64,000 bases of DNA from Candidatus Saccharimonadales bacterium (GCA_046350615.1 JAXMAA010000001.1:8480-72479), one strand, 5' to 3'; counted from the first letter of the stretch, positions 26,123 to 35,884 are shown. Notes: generated from the letters alone by a model not told the origin. Numbers and translations are program-made.

Positions 26123-27937
26123 TCACATGGGCTTAATATTATAGTAATCTATTAACCAGTTGCTCAGTTCGCCAAATATCGGACCAGCTGCAGCACTTCC
26201 GGTAAAACTACCCGCTCCAATATTCGAGTCATCAACTCGTACCATTATGACATATCGCGGCTTCTCATCGCCACCAAAGCCAAGATAACTACCGACGGTC
26301 TTATCATCGGTATATCGACCCGTTGCTGGATCAATAGTCTGCGAGGTACCAGTTTTGCCGCCAACGTTATATCCCTTTCTCACAAGATTCGCAACCGCTG
26401 GGGCTTCATTCAATGCCGTTCGAGTCATATCACGAATAGCCTGCGAGGTAGTCTCGCTCACGACACCTTTTCTATCAGGCTGCGGTGCGTTGTTTGAGAC
26501 ACTACCATCGGCATTCACGCTTCCTTCGACAATATGCGGCTTGTAGTAATTGCCACCGTTTACCACACTTCCAAATGCAGCTGCGGCCTGAATCATCGTC
26601 ACACCCATTCCCTGGCCAAATGCCATATTGGAATACCTCACATTATTACCCTGCTCGGTTTTTGGACCATAAATACTACCTGTTGATTCCCCTGCCTGCT
26701 CAATACCAGTTAGAGATCCGAAACCGTAATGCTCAGTAAAGTAATTATACAATCGTTCGCGAGCCTGCAAATTAATCCCACCGCCGCCGAGTTGTGAAAG
26801 TATGTATACTACGCCAGTATTGAGTGAGTACTTCAAAATATCAGTCATCGTACGGGTACCATTCACATCTTGTTCGACATTCTTAATGCGCGCATCATCC
26901 ACCTGAACATATCCGGCATTATTAAAGCGAGAGTCTTTATTGATCACACCTTCGTTTAATCCTGTGGCCATTGTTAAAACTTTAATAACAGAGCCTGCCT
27001 CATACTGATCACTCACCACCCTGTTCTGAAAGCGCTGATAAGCATCGTCACCAACTTCAAAGTATTTGGCTGGATCATAACTTGGCACGTTGGCCATGGC
27101 CTTTACCGCACCTGTGTTCGGGTCAAGCACAACTACACTGCCTTTAGTAGCCTTTGCCTTCACCAAACCACTGGCCAGGATCTCTTCTGCCTTTGCTTGA
27201 ATATTGCGATCTATTGTTAGTACAGTATCCTGGCCATTCTTTGGCGCTTGTGCAACATTTGTTGCATCATCAACGCTTAGTGGCACGCCATTAACATCAG
27301 TAATTGCCTTCAGGACACCAGCCGTACCACTGAGCTTAGCATTGAGCGCACTTTCTACGCCATACTGGCCAGCACCTTCATCATTCACAAAGCCCAGTAC
27401 CTGCGCACCCAGCCCGCCCTCTGGGTACACACGCTGTGGTACTGCGGTAACATTAATACCCACCAATTGTTTTTTGTCTTTAAAAAGATGGTCCACCTGA
27501 GCTTTACTCAGTCGTTTTGCAAGTACAACATAGGCGGTATTCTTTTTAGCAAGCAACTTCTTGAGTTCATTTTTATCAAGTGCAAGCTTCTGAGCTAATG
27601 TGTTGGCCACCCCTTCAACGTTATGGACCTCACTGGGGTCGGCATATAAAGTGTAGACCGTTGTGTTCAGTACCGCAGGCACAATGCCATCGCCATCACG
27701 ATAGTAAAGTGTCCCACGGGTTGCCGGAATGGTGAATTTCTTTTGATGTTCGGCAACAGCCAGCTTTGTATAATAGCCATGCTTCACAATCTGCAGATAA
27801 AAGAGCCTCGCCGTCAATACAACACCAATTAAGACAACAACGAGGCGCATGTTTAATGCGCGATTACCAGAACGAACAACCACAGCTTCTCCTGCTGTGT
27901 TTGCCGAACGATAAGATGTTGATCGTCTCGTATTCAT
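26123..27937 (-). CDS. ftsI: Class B penicillin-binding protein (FtsI/PBP2-type transpeptidase)
   Basis: N-terminal TM, dimerisation domain, SVIK (SxxK), YSNMAFG (SxN), KTGT (KTG). Confidence 0.9.
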   Translation of the reverse strand: MNTRRSTSYRSANTAGEAVVVRSGNRALNMRLVVVLIGVVLTARLFYLQIVKHGYYTKLAVAEHQKKFTIPATRGTLYYRDGDGIVPAVLNTTVYTLYADPSEVHNVEGVANTLAQKLALDKNELKKLLAKKNTAYVVLAKRLSKAQVDHLFKDKKQLVGINVTAVPQRVYPEGGLGAQVLGFVNDEGAGQYGVESALNAKLSGTAGVLKAITDVNGVPLSVDDATNVAQAPKNGQDTVLTIDRNIQAKAEEILASGLVKAKATKGSVVVLDPNTGAVKAMANVPSYDPAKYFEVGDDAYQRFQNRVVSDQYEAGSVIKVLTMATGLNEGVINKDSRFNNAGYVQVDDARIKNVEQDVNGTRTMTDILKYSLNTGVVYILSQLGGGGINLQARERLYNYFTEHYGFGSLTGIEQAGESTGSIYGPKTEQGNNVRYSNMAFGQGMGVTMIQAAAAFGSVVNGGNYYKPHIVEGSVNADGSVSNNAPQPDRKGVVSETTSQAIRDMTRTALNEAPAVANLVRKGYNVGGKTGTSQTIDPATGRYTDDKTVGSYLGFGGDEKPRYVIMVRVDDSNIGAGSFTGSAAAGPIFGELSNWLIDYYNIKPM

Positions 27938-28017
27938 ATTGATAACTTTGTGTTACTAATCTTACGTAGGTTGCTTATATCAGTATACATTGCCGCGTGC
28001 AACCGTGAGTAATGCTA

Positions 28018-28368
28018 CTAACGTATTGTCTCGATTGAACTAGGACTGCTCATATTTTTAGCGACAGTACTATTCTTTAGAGTATCAAGAGAGCCGAGCC
28101 GAGCCGCCTCAACCTTAAGCTGCTGTTGCTCGCTTAATAATGCCTCGCGCTTGGTCTCAAGTTCATTAATTGGGTATGTATACGCATTCGTTTTATTAAT
28201 TTGTGCGAGGTACATTAAACCCATAACACTCAGAAGCAGCACGACCACTACCGTGTGTGCAACAGGGCCAAATTGTTTGTTACTTAGGGTGTGACGAACG
28301 GTGTTTTGATTGCGACGCCATGAAGTAGCTGGCGTAGCTCGTGAAAGCATGAATGTGGTGGATGCCAT
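28018..28368 (-). CDS. FtsL-like small bitopic division protein
   Basis: One TM segment followed by a short coiled-coil-like region; lies between rsmH and the PBP as ftsL does in dcw clusters. Confidence 0.6.
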   Translation of the reverse strand: MASTTFMLSRATPATSWRRNQNTVRHTLSNKQFGPVAHTVVVVLLLSVMGLMYLAQINKTNAYTYPINELETKREALLSEQQQLKVEAARLGSLDTLKNSTVAKNMSSPSSIETIR

Positions 28369-28544
28369 ATGTATTACGTACCTTTTTGTTTGTATTTATG
28401 TTTTGGTGCCACCCACATAACAATGTATGCAGGTGGCAGTTTTAAAGTATTAAAGCCACGCGGACTTTTCACTTTGTATGCCCCAGGAGCTAGTTCGTAC
28501 CTGAGATTGTGAGCTACTCCTTTTCTTTATGTGTTTATTTGTTA

Positions 28545-29455
28545 GCGCGAAGCTGGGCGCTCCGTGCTCATCCGGTTTAAAACATCGTTGGTTGCACCGC
28601 TTATTGGTTTTTTTGTCAGAACTTGCAGCCGAAGCCTCGTAACCTTTTTGGGCTTCTGTTTTAAAAAAGTTTTTTGACCAGCCGATCTTCCAATTCTGAA
28701 AGCTAATCACTACTACCTACCGCTGGCTGTAGCAACTGCAGCAGCAAAGGTAGTGTGGTTTCAAGCTGTGCAAGTTCTTGGTTAACCGCGATGCGTAGTG
28801 CTTGAAAGGTGCGAGTCGCAGGGTGTGTTTTTGCACTCTGCGTCTATAAATCTCCTCAACAAGTGCAGCGAGCTGGAGTGTAGAACGAGCCGGACGCTGG
28901 GCAATTGTTGCCTGAGCAATCTGCTTAGCCCGTGGTTCTTCGCCGTAGTCCTTTAAAACTCTCGTGAGTTCTGCCTCCGGAATACTCATTAACCACTATG
29001 TGAGCAGTAGGTTCTTGGCGGTTTGTCCATTCACATGTCAAGCTCGGCATCAGTTTGAAAACTAAATCCGCGCTCGGCGTTGTCAAGTGCAGTGGCAATG
29101 CACCCAAATCGAGTAGTATCATATCAAACTGCTTACTCGCATCCTGCAAGCTCGAAATTGGCAACTTTCCAAACGAAAATCCTGATGGATAAGCCGAGCG
29201 CCCTGCTCTTTCAATGTTTGCAAACAGCCAATTGCGCTGACTATCTCGATCAACCAGTGTCATAAACGCGTTACCCGTTATTTCACGAATAGCCGAAGCG
29301 TGCCCGCCATACCCTGCCGTCAAATCAAGATAAGTTTCACCTGATTGTGGCGCAAGTACGTCAAGAACCGCCTCCAGCAAAACTGGAACATGGGAGTTGT
29401 TGTGGTGGTGTGCTTCTTTTACCATCCGCCTTAGCATAACGTAGGCAAATCCCAA
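28545..29455 (-). pseudogene. rsmH: 16S rRNA m4C1402 methyltransferase RsmH, degraded (multiple frameshifts plus nonsense)
   Basis: RsmH motifs are spread over three frames: HVPVLL..DLTAGYGGH and LLDLG; then ALDNAERGFSF..LDM*MD (TGA at 29031-29033); TAHIVVNEYS; ELTRVLKDYGEEPRAKQIA; [18 protein letters not shown]; VISF; LEDRLVKK; ARSAQLRANK*. Confidence 0.85.
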
Positions 29456-29887
29456 ATTACAAATTCCAAACTACAAATAATTCCAAAATTCGAACATTCT
29501 ATTACAAAACGTTTGTCGTTTATATCACTCGGTGATTGAAATTTATTTGTGATTTGTTATTTGATCATTGTGATCTGCTTTGCTAAAGCAAAGGCAGTTG
29601 GTTCGAGGTCACCTATCCTGGCAATCAGCTTGTTTGTTTTTGGTATCTTTTTAAGATATGTGTTTTTGTTTTTGATTTGTGCCAATGGAATGTTATGAGT
29701 GGTAATTTCAAAAATTACTATATATCCATTGGCGAGAGAGACTTATGTGTGAGGTGGAGTTTTTTGGGAGGTTTTTAAACCTAAGAAAGTGCAAAGATCT
29801 ATTTTTAGTGTAATCTTCATTCCCACCGCCAATTGCCAAGGTAGCTGACCTCGAAAGTACGAGTGTTTTAAACTGTTAAAGTGCGTA

Positions 29888-30256
29888 TCAAAGCGCAGGA
29901 TGGTCAGCTGGCATAATGCGCCAATACTGCCCCGCCCGTACTGCTACCACATCCTTGGTGATACCAGCGTAATCCAGAAGGTGGTTTTCAATGGTGAACC
30001 TGCCCTGCTTAAGATCGAGTTGTGATTCGATCTTGCCCATCCGAAGACGCACGTTCTTATCGGCTGTAACCTCATCAAGAATATCGCCTCGAAGAGCTGG
30101 TTCAACCATTTGATCCCAGACGTCTTTTGCATATAAATGCAGATACTGTCCGAACCCTCTGGTTACTACTACCCCGCTCGCAAATTCTGTTCGAATATCC
30201 GACGGTATGGTTAGCCGCCGTTTATCATCGAGTTTGCGCTCAAAGTAGTCGCTCAT
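29888..30256 (-). CDS. mraZ: Transcriptional regulator MraZ
   Basis: LDDKRRLTIPSDIR and a second SpoVT/AbrB-like half (LDLKQGRFTI). The start is taken at MSDYFERK (ATG 30254-30256) rather than the longer ORF. Confidence 0.9.
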   Translation of the reverse strand: MSDYFERKLDDKRRLTIPSDIRTEFASGVVVTRGFGQYLHLYAKDVWDQMVEPALRGDILDEVTADKNVRLRMGKIESQLDLKQGRFTIENHLLDYAGITKDVVAVRAGQYWRIMPADHPAL

Positions 30257-30362
30257 GATATATAGAAATCCTCTACTTGTTAATCTCAGCTTGACTGAAA
30301 CATCAGCAAGTTGAATCATTCTTTTTTGTTAATGTTTGTTTGTGGCTGGGTGGCTGCTTTGC

Positions 30363-30451
30363 TACCCACATTTACCCACTGACATTGATAATATACCTAC
30401 AACTACCCACATACAAGCCTTTTTACATAGATTTTTCGCCATTTTACCCAC
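30363..30451 (-). promoter_or_regulatory. Candidate MraZ operator: four direct GTGGGTA boxes
   Basis: Plus-strand TACCCAC at 30363, 30373, 30404 and 30445 (spacings of 10, 31 and 41 bp), lying 107-195 bp upstream of the mraZ ATG. Confidence 0.55.
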
Positions 30452-30603
30452 AAAAAACAAAATCCCCAGCACTTTTCCACAGTTCTGGGGATAAACACTC
30501 GTCTATTCCATCACCAATACCAAGCTCAACACCCCCGCCCCGACAAGGATAATCCTTGTCACGAAGACTAGCCTCTGACATGTGAGCTTTAGAAGTGTTA
30601 TGA

Positions 30604-31188
30604 TCAATCAGTTTTCTTCAAAAAATCTACTGGGTCAATCTTTACACCGTTCCAAAATATGCCTTCTTGCCCAGAAAATCTACCACTGGCTAGCGTATGC
30701 CCCCCGCCATCATACGGAATTTTTACCACTGTAGCGCCACCACCCATGTATTGAGCAGCATTGTCCAGTTGGTCAAGATAATGCCACTGGTCAGCGTCAC
30801 CTTCTCGCTTGCCATGGTGTGGACTTGCTTCTCCTGATCGAGGATAGGTAACAACAAATATCGGATCTTGCGCATTCCCCTGAGCAGTAGTTCGATGTTT
30901 AAAGTCGTACAAATCTGTAACAGCAGGACTACCCATGCCTGTAAAGAAGTGTGTCTGGCTCACTAGATCATAATGCGATACAAAAGCTTTAATGCTACCA
31001 TCAGGCTTCTTAGCAAAACCAGCGATGCCAGTACATCCAGTGAGACTGCCTGTAGCAACAATACCATCTGAGCCTGGCGCGACCTTTATACTCCCCGATG
31101 AGTTCATATCGACATAGGCAATCGATCGCTCATCTAAAGCTCTCTCTATGGAATTCAGAGATGTGACCGATAGCCACAAAACCCGCAC
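30604..31188 (-). CDS. Hypothetical protein
   Basis: ORF only. It may be the downstream part of a gene split from 31130-31366 by a frameshift. Confidence 0.4.
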   Translation of the reverse strand: MRVLWLSVTSLNSIERALDERSIAYVDMNSSGSIKVAPGSDGIVATGSLTGCTGIAGFAKKPDGSIKAFVSHYDLVSQTHFFTGMGSPAVTDLYDFKHRTTAQGNAQDPIFVVTYPRSGEASPHHGKREGDADQWHYLDQLDNAAQYMGGGATVVKIPYDGGGHTLASGRFSGQEGIFWNGVKIDPVDFLKKTD

Positions 31189-31366
31189 CCTGCGCTAGCG
31201 CACTCTCTTTGATAAGTCTGTCGCTTACCACAGACTCACCTTTCGGAAGTTGGCGAACTGTAATAATTGTTGGTTTTTGTGCCATATGTGATAGTGTATC
31301 AAATATTAGTACTTTTGTCAACATTTTGTAATAATCTGCATCTTGAGGACTGCCCAATAAAGGCAA
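31130..31366 (-). CDS. Hypothetical protein (possible N-terminal fragment of 30604-31188)
   Basis: Overlaps the next minus-strand ORF by 59 nt in a different frame. Confidence 0.3.
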   Translation of the reverse strand: MPLLGSPQDADYYKMLTKVLIFDTLSHMAQKPTIITVRQLPKGESVVSDRLIKESALAQGAGFVAIGHISEFHRESFR

Positions 31367-31531
31367 CGGCTATTGAGCATCACAACCGACCTTTAAGCGG
31401 CGGCAATTGCCCAGCAGGCTGCAAGCTCGTGTGGTTTGCGCGAACGATAAAACTCTTGAGCACCCCCTACTAAAAGTGCTCCTTGCTCTACTCTTAATGG
31501 GAGTTCGTCTGTAACGTTTGCTAACATGGGG

Positions 31532-32797
31532 CTATGCTGACAATGTTTTGACTAATCGAGAGTACCAGATGGCGCTTTGGCGGGGGCGGCGTTTCATGGT
31601 TTTGTAGTTGACTTCCAAAAGGCCGAAACGTGGCCAGAAGCCTTCGGCCCATTCAAAGTTATCAAGCAAGCTCCAGTGAATGTAGCCTTTTAGCTCCACT
31701 CCATCTTTCATGGCTCCATCCATCGCCTTCACACTTTGGGCAATCCACCACTTTCTGTACTTGTCGTTTCGATCCGCTACGCCGCTTTCGGTGATGATAA
31801 AGGGCAACTTGTATTTTTGATGCAGCTTCATGAGTAGTGGCCGGATTTTATCGGGCTGCATATCCCAGCCAAGATCATTCTTTTTGTTATCTTCAGGATT
31901 ATGCACCCGTGTGCCGAGTACTTGATTTGCAAAATAGTAGTTGAGGCCAAAAAAATCTTGTGTGCGCCTCACCCTGTTCACAAACCACTCATTTGCAAAA
32001 TAATGACTCCACCGCGCAATAAAGTGAGAGATCCATGAATCGTCGCCGCCATAATAATAGGCACAGTTATGAGCCAGCCCAATTTGTGCCTTGGGGTGTA
32101 ACTTTTTGAGCAATCTATAGCTTTTACGGTGTGCTCGGGCCAGATTTCGCATGACAGCGATCATAGCAAGCTTTGAGCCGCCTTCCGGTGGCCAACGCCG
32201 CTCATGGTAGCTCATAGCGGCGTACACCGTTGGTTCATTAAGAGTAATAACGTAACGAAAATCGACATCAAGATGTTCTGCCAAATAGCGCACGTACCGT
32301 ACAAAATACCTCACGTTACGTCGATGTAAAAAACCGCCCTTCTCGGCAAACCACTCCGGAAATGTCCAATGCCACAAGGTAATGATTGGTGTAATACCAC
32401 GTGCTTTGAGCCCTTCAAAATAATTTTGATAGTGTTTCAATGCAGCTTTATTAAATTCACCCTCTTTTGGCTCAATTCGCGACCATTCTATACCGGAGCG
32501 GAGTGTGTTCAAATGAAGTTTTTTTGCCAAATCAAAATCGGCCTCATAGCGCTTAAAATGATCTGCAGCTCTGCCTGAAACATAATTAGAGGGTCTCAAC
32601 GCCTGGTCTTTAATTTCATCCCAGATCGGCAAATGCTGATACGTATATGGTGCCTGAGCCACTTTTACCTGCGCCGTCTCCAGCTCCCACGCCGTCCACT
32701 GATTGTGATTGCCGCCTTCAGCCTGGTGAGTTGAAATACTCGCCCCCCACAAAAACTTTTTAGGAAACTTCAAATTTATTTTTGTACCCTGCGCCAT
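31532..32797 (-). CDS. Glycoside hydrolase family 1 beta-glucosidase
   Basis: FLWGASISTHQAEGG, acid/base TLNEP, nucleophile ITESG, C-terminal WSLLDNFEWAEG. Confidence 0.9.
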   Translation of the reverse strand: MAQGTKINLKFPKKFLWGASISTHQAEGGNHNQWTAWELETAQVKVAQAPYTYQHLPIWDEIKDQALRPSNYVSGRAADHFKRYEADFDLAKKLHLNTLRSGIEWSRIEPKEGEFNKAALKHYQNYFEGLKARGITPIITLWHWTFPEWFAEKGGFLHRRNVRYFVRYVRYLAEHLDVDFRYVITLNEPTVYAAMSYHERRWPPEGGSKLAMIAVMRNLARAHRKSYRLLKKLHPKAQIGLAHNCAYYYGGDDSWISHFIARWSHYFANEWFVNRVRRTQDFFGLNYYFANQVLGTRVHNPEDNKKNDLGWDMQPDKIRPLLMKLHQKYKLPFIITESGVADRNDKYRKWWIAQSVKAMDGAMKDGVELKGYIHWSLLDNFEWAEGFWPRFGLLEVNYKTMKRRPRQSAIWYSRLVKTLSA

Positions 32798-32889
32798 TAC
32801 TGATTAGTATACCGTATGCAAGCATAAAAGCATTACCGCAACAAGCAATTACCGCCCGAATCACAAAATTAAATACACACTACAAGCCC

Positions 32890-32958
32890 GTCATCCTGAA
32901 CTTGTCTCAGAATCCATGGCCTTTATTAGACTAGATCCTGAAACAAGTTCAGGATGAC
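32890..32958. repeat. GTCAT-module unit with perfect 16-bp terminal inverted repeat
   Basis: GTCATCCTGAACTTGT ... ACAAGTTCAGGATGAC, 69 bp in total. The right half also forms its own hairpin ATCCTGAA/TTCAGGAT. Confidence 0.8.
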
Positions 32959-32989
32959 GGTGAGGGGTTTGTGATTGGGGTATTAATTA

Positions 32990-34621
32990 CTACTTTAAAA
33001 TATCTCGTAGCTGCGCAAGATCTTCCTCGCTCAGCGCAATCCCTCGGGCACTTAAGAACGCCTCCAGCTCATCACGGGACTGTATAGGAGCTGCTTCGCC
33101 AGTATATTCTCGAATTAAAGCCAGCAGCTCCTCTCCGTAGCGTTCGATCATTTTTGGGCCAATACCAGAAATAAGCTTTAACTGCTTTTGCGACAATGGT
33201 TTATTCGTAGCTAGGGCCTCAAGTGTTTTATTACTGGCAATCATATAAAGCGGCACGCTGCGTTTTGAGCCTTCCTGCGAGCGCCAGGTCTTTAACAACT
33301 GTAAAAGTGCTTCATCAAGACCTTTGCCACTCGTTGCGATGCTCTCCTCATCTACCGGTATCTCTTCCGGTGTTTCGCGGGCGATTGCCTCCGAAAGCTG
33401 CCTTATCTCCTCATCAAAGCTAAAGATCTCCGGGTGCATTGCCATTGCCGTATTGTTGATACCTTTCAGATACAGGCCATCAAGACTTCGGACCCGAGAA
33501 AGCGCCACATATCCCATGCCAGGCGTAAAGGCTCGTGAAAGATCAATCTCCGCTGCGTCCAAGCTCATCCCCTGACTTTTATGGATTGTAATGGCCCAAG
33601 CTAAACGAAGTGGCAATTGCGTCACACGGGCGCGCTCTTTACCATCTTCCTCAAGCGCCCAACTATGTTGCTCTACGGTTAACAATTTGCCGCCACGTTG
33701 CAACTTGACCACAGGTTTGCCATCATGAAAATCCACCACTCTACCACGAGAACCGTTCACAAAGCCTTCTGAAAAGTTATTTGCCACGAACATAACTTCA
33801 GCGCCAATTTTCAGCTCTAAAACTTCAGGCGCAAGAACACTCTTCATCAACTGCTCAACCTTTGCCTGCACGCCGTAGGTTTCCATAACGAATGTTCGCG
33901 CATCGTCACTCAGTGCTTTAAGGTGCGAATCATTAATCTGCTCAACATCTTGGTTGTGCGAATACAGTTTTGTCACTGAAATATCTCGTGGTGCCTCAGC
34001 CCCAAGGCGCTCGCTTAAAGCATCAAAATGAACATCCAGCACTTCGCCCGCTCGCATTGCCTCAAGCAAATCAAGTAGCTGATCATTCTGCTGACGGTGC
34101 TGCTCGCTCAAATAACAAATTTTAGGATTTAATTCTTGCCATGCTGCGCTAAGATGAGCAAAATCAATGGTGGCATCACCTCTATTTATTGGCGGCAACT
34201 GAAACAAATCTCCCGTTAGAATTACCTGCATGCCACCAAACGGCTCGTCCGAATCGCGTAACCATTTTGCAACTTGGTTCACCATATCAAGCCGTTTACC
34301 GTGAATCATCGAAACCTCGTCAATAATCAGAATGTCGGTATTGTTGTAACGCTTCAGCAACCGATCGTTATCCTTCAACCACTTTTCATCCCGATCGCTA
34401 ATTTCATCACGAATTCCAAGACCTGACCAGCTATGAATTGTCGTGCCACCAATATGCGTAGCTGCAATACCCGTACTTGCCGTAATTGCCACGCGCTTTT
34501 TTTGTTTTTTAGCCCAGTCAATAAATTGGTTTAGTACATATGTCTTACCACTTCCAGGAGCACCAGTCAGAAAAACTGATTCACCGCTCATCATCACCCT
34601 CAAAGCCTGTATTTGTTTCAT
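32990..34621 (-). CDS. PIF1/RecD-like SF1 helicase with C-terminal HRDC domain
   Basis: Walker A GAPGSGKT, IIDEVSM, ITIHKSQG, and an HRDC-like tail (LLQLLKTWRSQEGSKRSVPLYMIASNKTLEALA). Confidence 0.85.
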   Translation of the reverse strand: MKQIQALRVMMSGESVFLTGAPGSGKTYVLNQFIDWAKKQKKRVAITASTGIAATHIGGTTIHSWSGLGIRDEISDRDEKWLKDNDRLLKRYNNTDILIIDEVSMIHGKRLDMVNQVAKWLRDSDEPFGGMQVILTGDLFQLPPINRGDATIDFAHLSAAWQELNPKICYLSEQHRQQNDQLLDLLEAMRAGEVLDVHFDALSERLGAEAPRDISVTKLYSHNQDVEQINDSHLKALSDDARTFVMETYGVQAKVEQLMKSVLAPEVLELKIGAEVMFVANNFSEGFVNGSRGRVVDFHDGKPVVKLQRGGKLLTVEQHSWALEEDGKERARVTQLPLRLAWAITIHKSQGMSLDAAEIDLSRAFTPGMGYVALSRVRSLDGLYLKGINNTAMAMHPEIFSFDEEIRQLSEAIARETPEEIPVDEESIATSGKGLDEALLQLLKTWRSQEGSKRSVPLYMIASNKTLEALATNKPLSQKQLKLISGIGPKMIERYGEELLALIREYTGEAAPIQSRDELEAFLSARGIALSEEDLAQLRDILK

Positions 34622-34676
34622 CGCCCCACTTTCAAGTTACTCGTTTAAGTATAGCAGCTCACGACGTGATTGCTCA

Positions 34677-35540
34677 TTACTTTGCGTGAACAAAATAACC
34701 AAGTAGATCTTGGACCTTACCACTTTGTGCACGCTCAACTACACCTTCGTTTGCTTCAAGTAAGCCAAGTAACCTTCCTTTAAATCTAAAAGCGCCTCTT
34801 GCAATTATGCCAATTTCTGAATGATCTATACCATCACGCAGATTATAAATACTGACTGCAAAATCCAACCAAGCCCTATAATCTCCTTGAGTAATCGCTT
34901 TTTCAAATTCAGGCTCATCGAGCACTCTCTTGAGCATTGCATCAAGTTTATCTACATCCTTTGCCCTCACGCCAGAAATTGATCTCAAACCATACGCAAG
35001 CACATGTCCAGCAGGGTTCAGCACAGAAACACTTGAGCCAGATTCAGTTACAAGCTCCCATGGGGCATACGAGCCTTCGGCAACCTCTTGAGAAAGCGGG
35101 CCAAGCTCATAACGCCTCACGCCAGCATCATCGATCGTGCGTTGCGATATCCAATCAGTAAACAGCGACTTCGTGCCACCGAACCTTTCTTGAGGCTGGT
35201 AGCGTTCAAAGCCAAATACCGAAACAACCAGCTCGCCCCGAACAGCCTCCTCAACTTCTGCAACCACCACAGCAGCCTCGCTATCGCTCATGACTCTATC
35301 AACGAGAATATCTATATCTCTAACGGTACCATTCGGCCTAATCGTCCCTTCGCTAGCAGCCGCCGATGCGCTTATTGTTTGTGTTGCATGGTTGAATACT
35401 ATGCCTGAATGCTTCAGCGCACTACTTGCAATTCCACCCAGCACAAAGTAATTTGGTTCATTACCGATAGCACTGCGCATTGCTGCATCAACATCTACAA
35501 TCGCTTCGTAACACGACATTCCTTCGGATCTTCTGCTCAT
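34677..35540 (-). CDS. Hypothetical protein with weak nucleotidyltransferase-fold signature
   Basis: FVLGGIASSAL ... TVRDIDILV resembles the G[GS]...DxD pattern of pol-beta-type NTases, but with a long insert. Confidence 0.35.
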   Translation of the reverse strand: MSRRSEGMSCYEAIVDVDAAMRSAIGNEPNYFVLGGIASSALKHSGIVFNHATQTISASAAASEGTIRPNGTVRDIDILVDRVMSDSEAAVVVAEVEEAVRGELVVSVFGFERYQPQERFGGTKSLFTDWISQRTIDDAGVRRYELGPLSQEVAEGSYAPWELVTESGSSVSVLNPAGHVLAYGLRSISGVRAKDVDKLDAMLKRVLDEPEFEKAITQGDYRAWLDFAVSIYNLRDGIDHSEIGIIARGAFRFKGRLLGLLEANEGVVERAQSGKVQDLLGYFVHAK

Positions 35541-35602
35541 GCCTACAATGTACGTACAACATTATAAAAACACAAGCACAAGCGTACTTAATAACTGAGT
35601 AC

Positions 35603-35705
35603 CAAAACTCACCGGTGTCATCCCGGACTTGATCCGGGATCTAGTATTTGAACTGGATTCCCGTCTTCACGGGAATGACGGACGTGAGGTTTTTAGATTC
35701 AGGTT
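35603..35705. repeat. 103-bp double-hairpin GTCAT module, copy A
   Basis: Identical at all 103 positions to 41302-41404. Contains the hairpins ATCCCGGA-CTTG-ATCCGGGAT and ATTCCCGT-CTTC-ACGGGAAT. Confidence 0.95.
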
Positions 35706-35855
35706 ACTTCATGATCTGCATTTCACGGCTATGGAATATTCTGAATCTTAAAACCAAACAAACCTACGGATCACCCTCTTTCTGTGCTTATTTCATAACG
35801 AAGACGACTTTTCGAGGCTCGGATACATTAACCTATACCTTGAAACCCCGCCCTT

Positions 35856-35884
35856 GTCATCCTGAGCAACGTCGAAGGATCTAG
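35856..35884. repeat. GTCAT hairpin module variant
   Basis: GTCATCCTGAGCAACGTCGAAGGATCTAG, followed at 35920-35942 by TCGCTAAAGCTATGGCGGACAGG (22 of 23 identical to 2073-2095). Confidence 0.7.

Noticed and set aside
29600-29610. GGTTCGAGGTC as the T-arm of a second tRNA in the mraZ-rsmH spacer.
   Set aside because: The flanking sequence cannot form an acceptor stem, D-arm or anticodon arm, and the loop deviates from GGTTCGAATCC.
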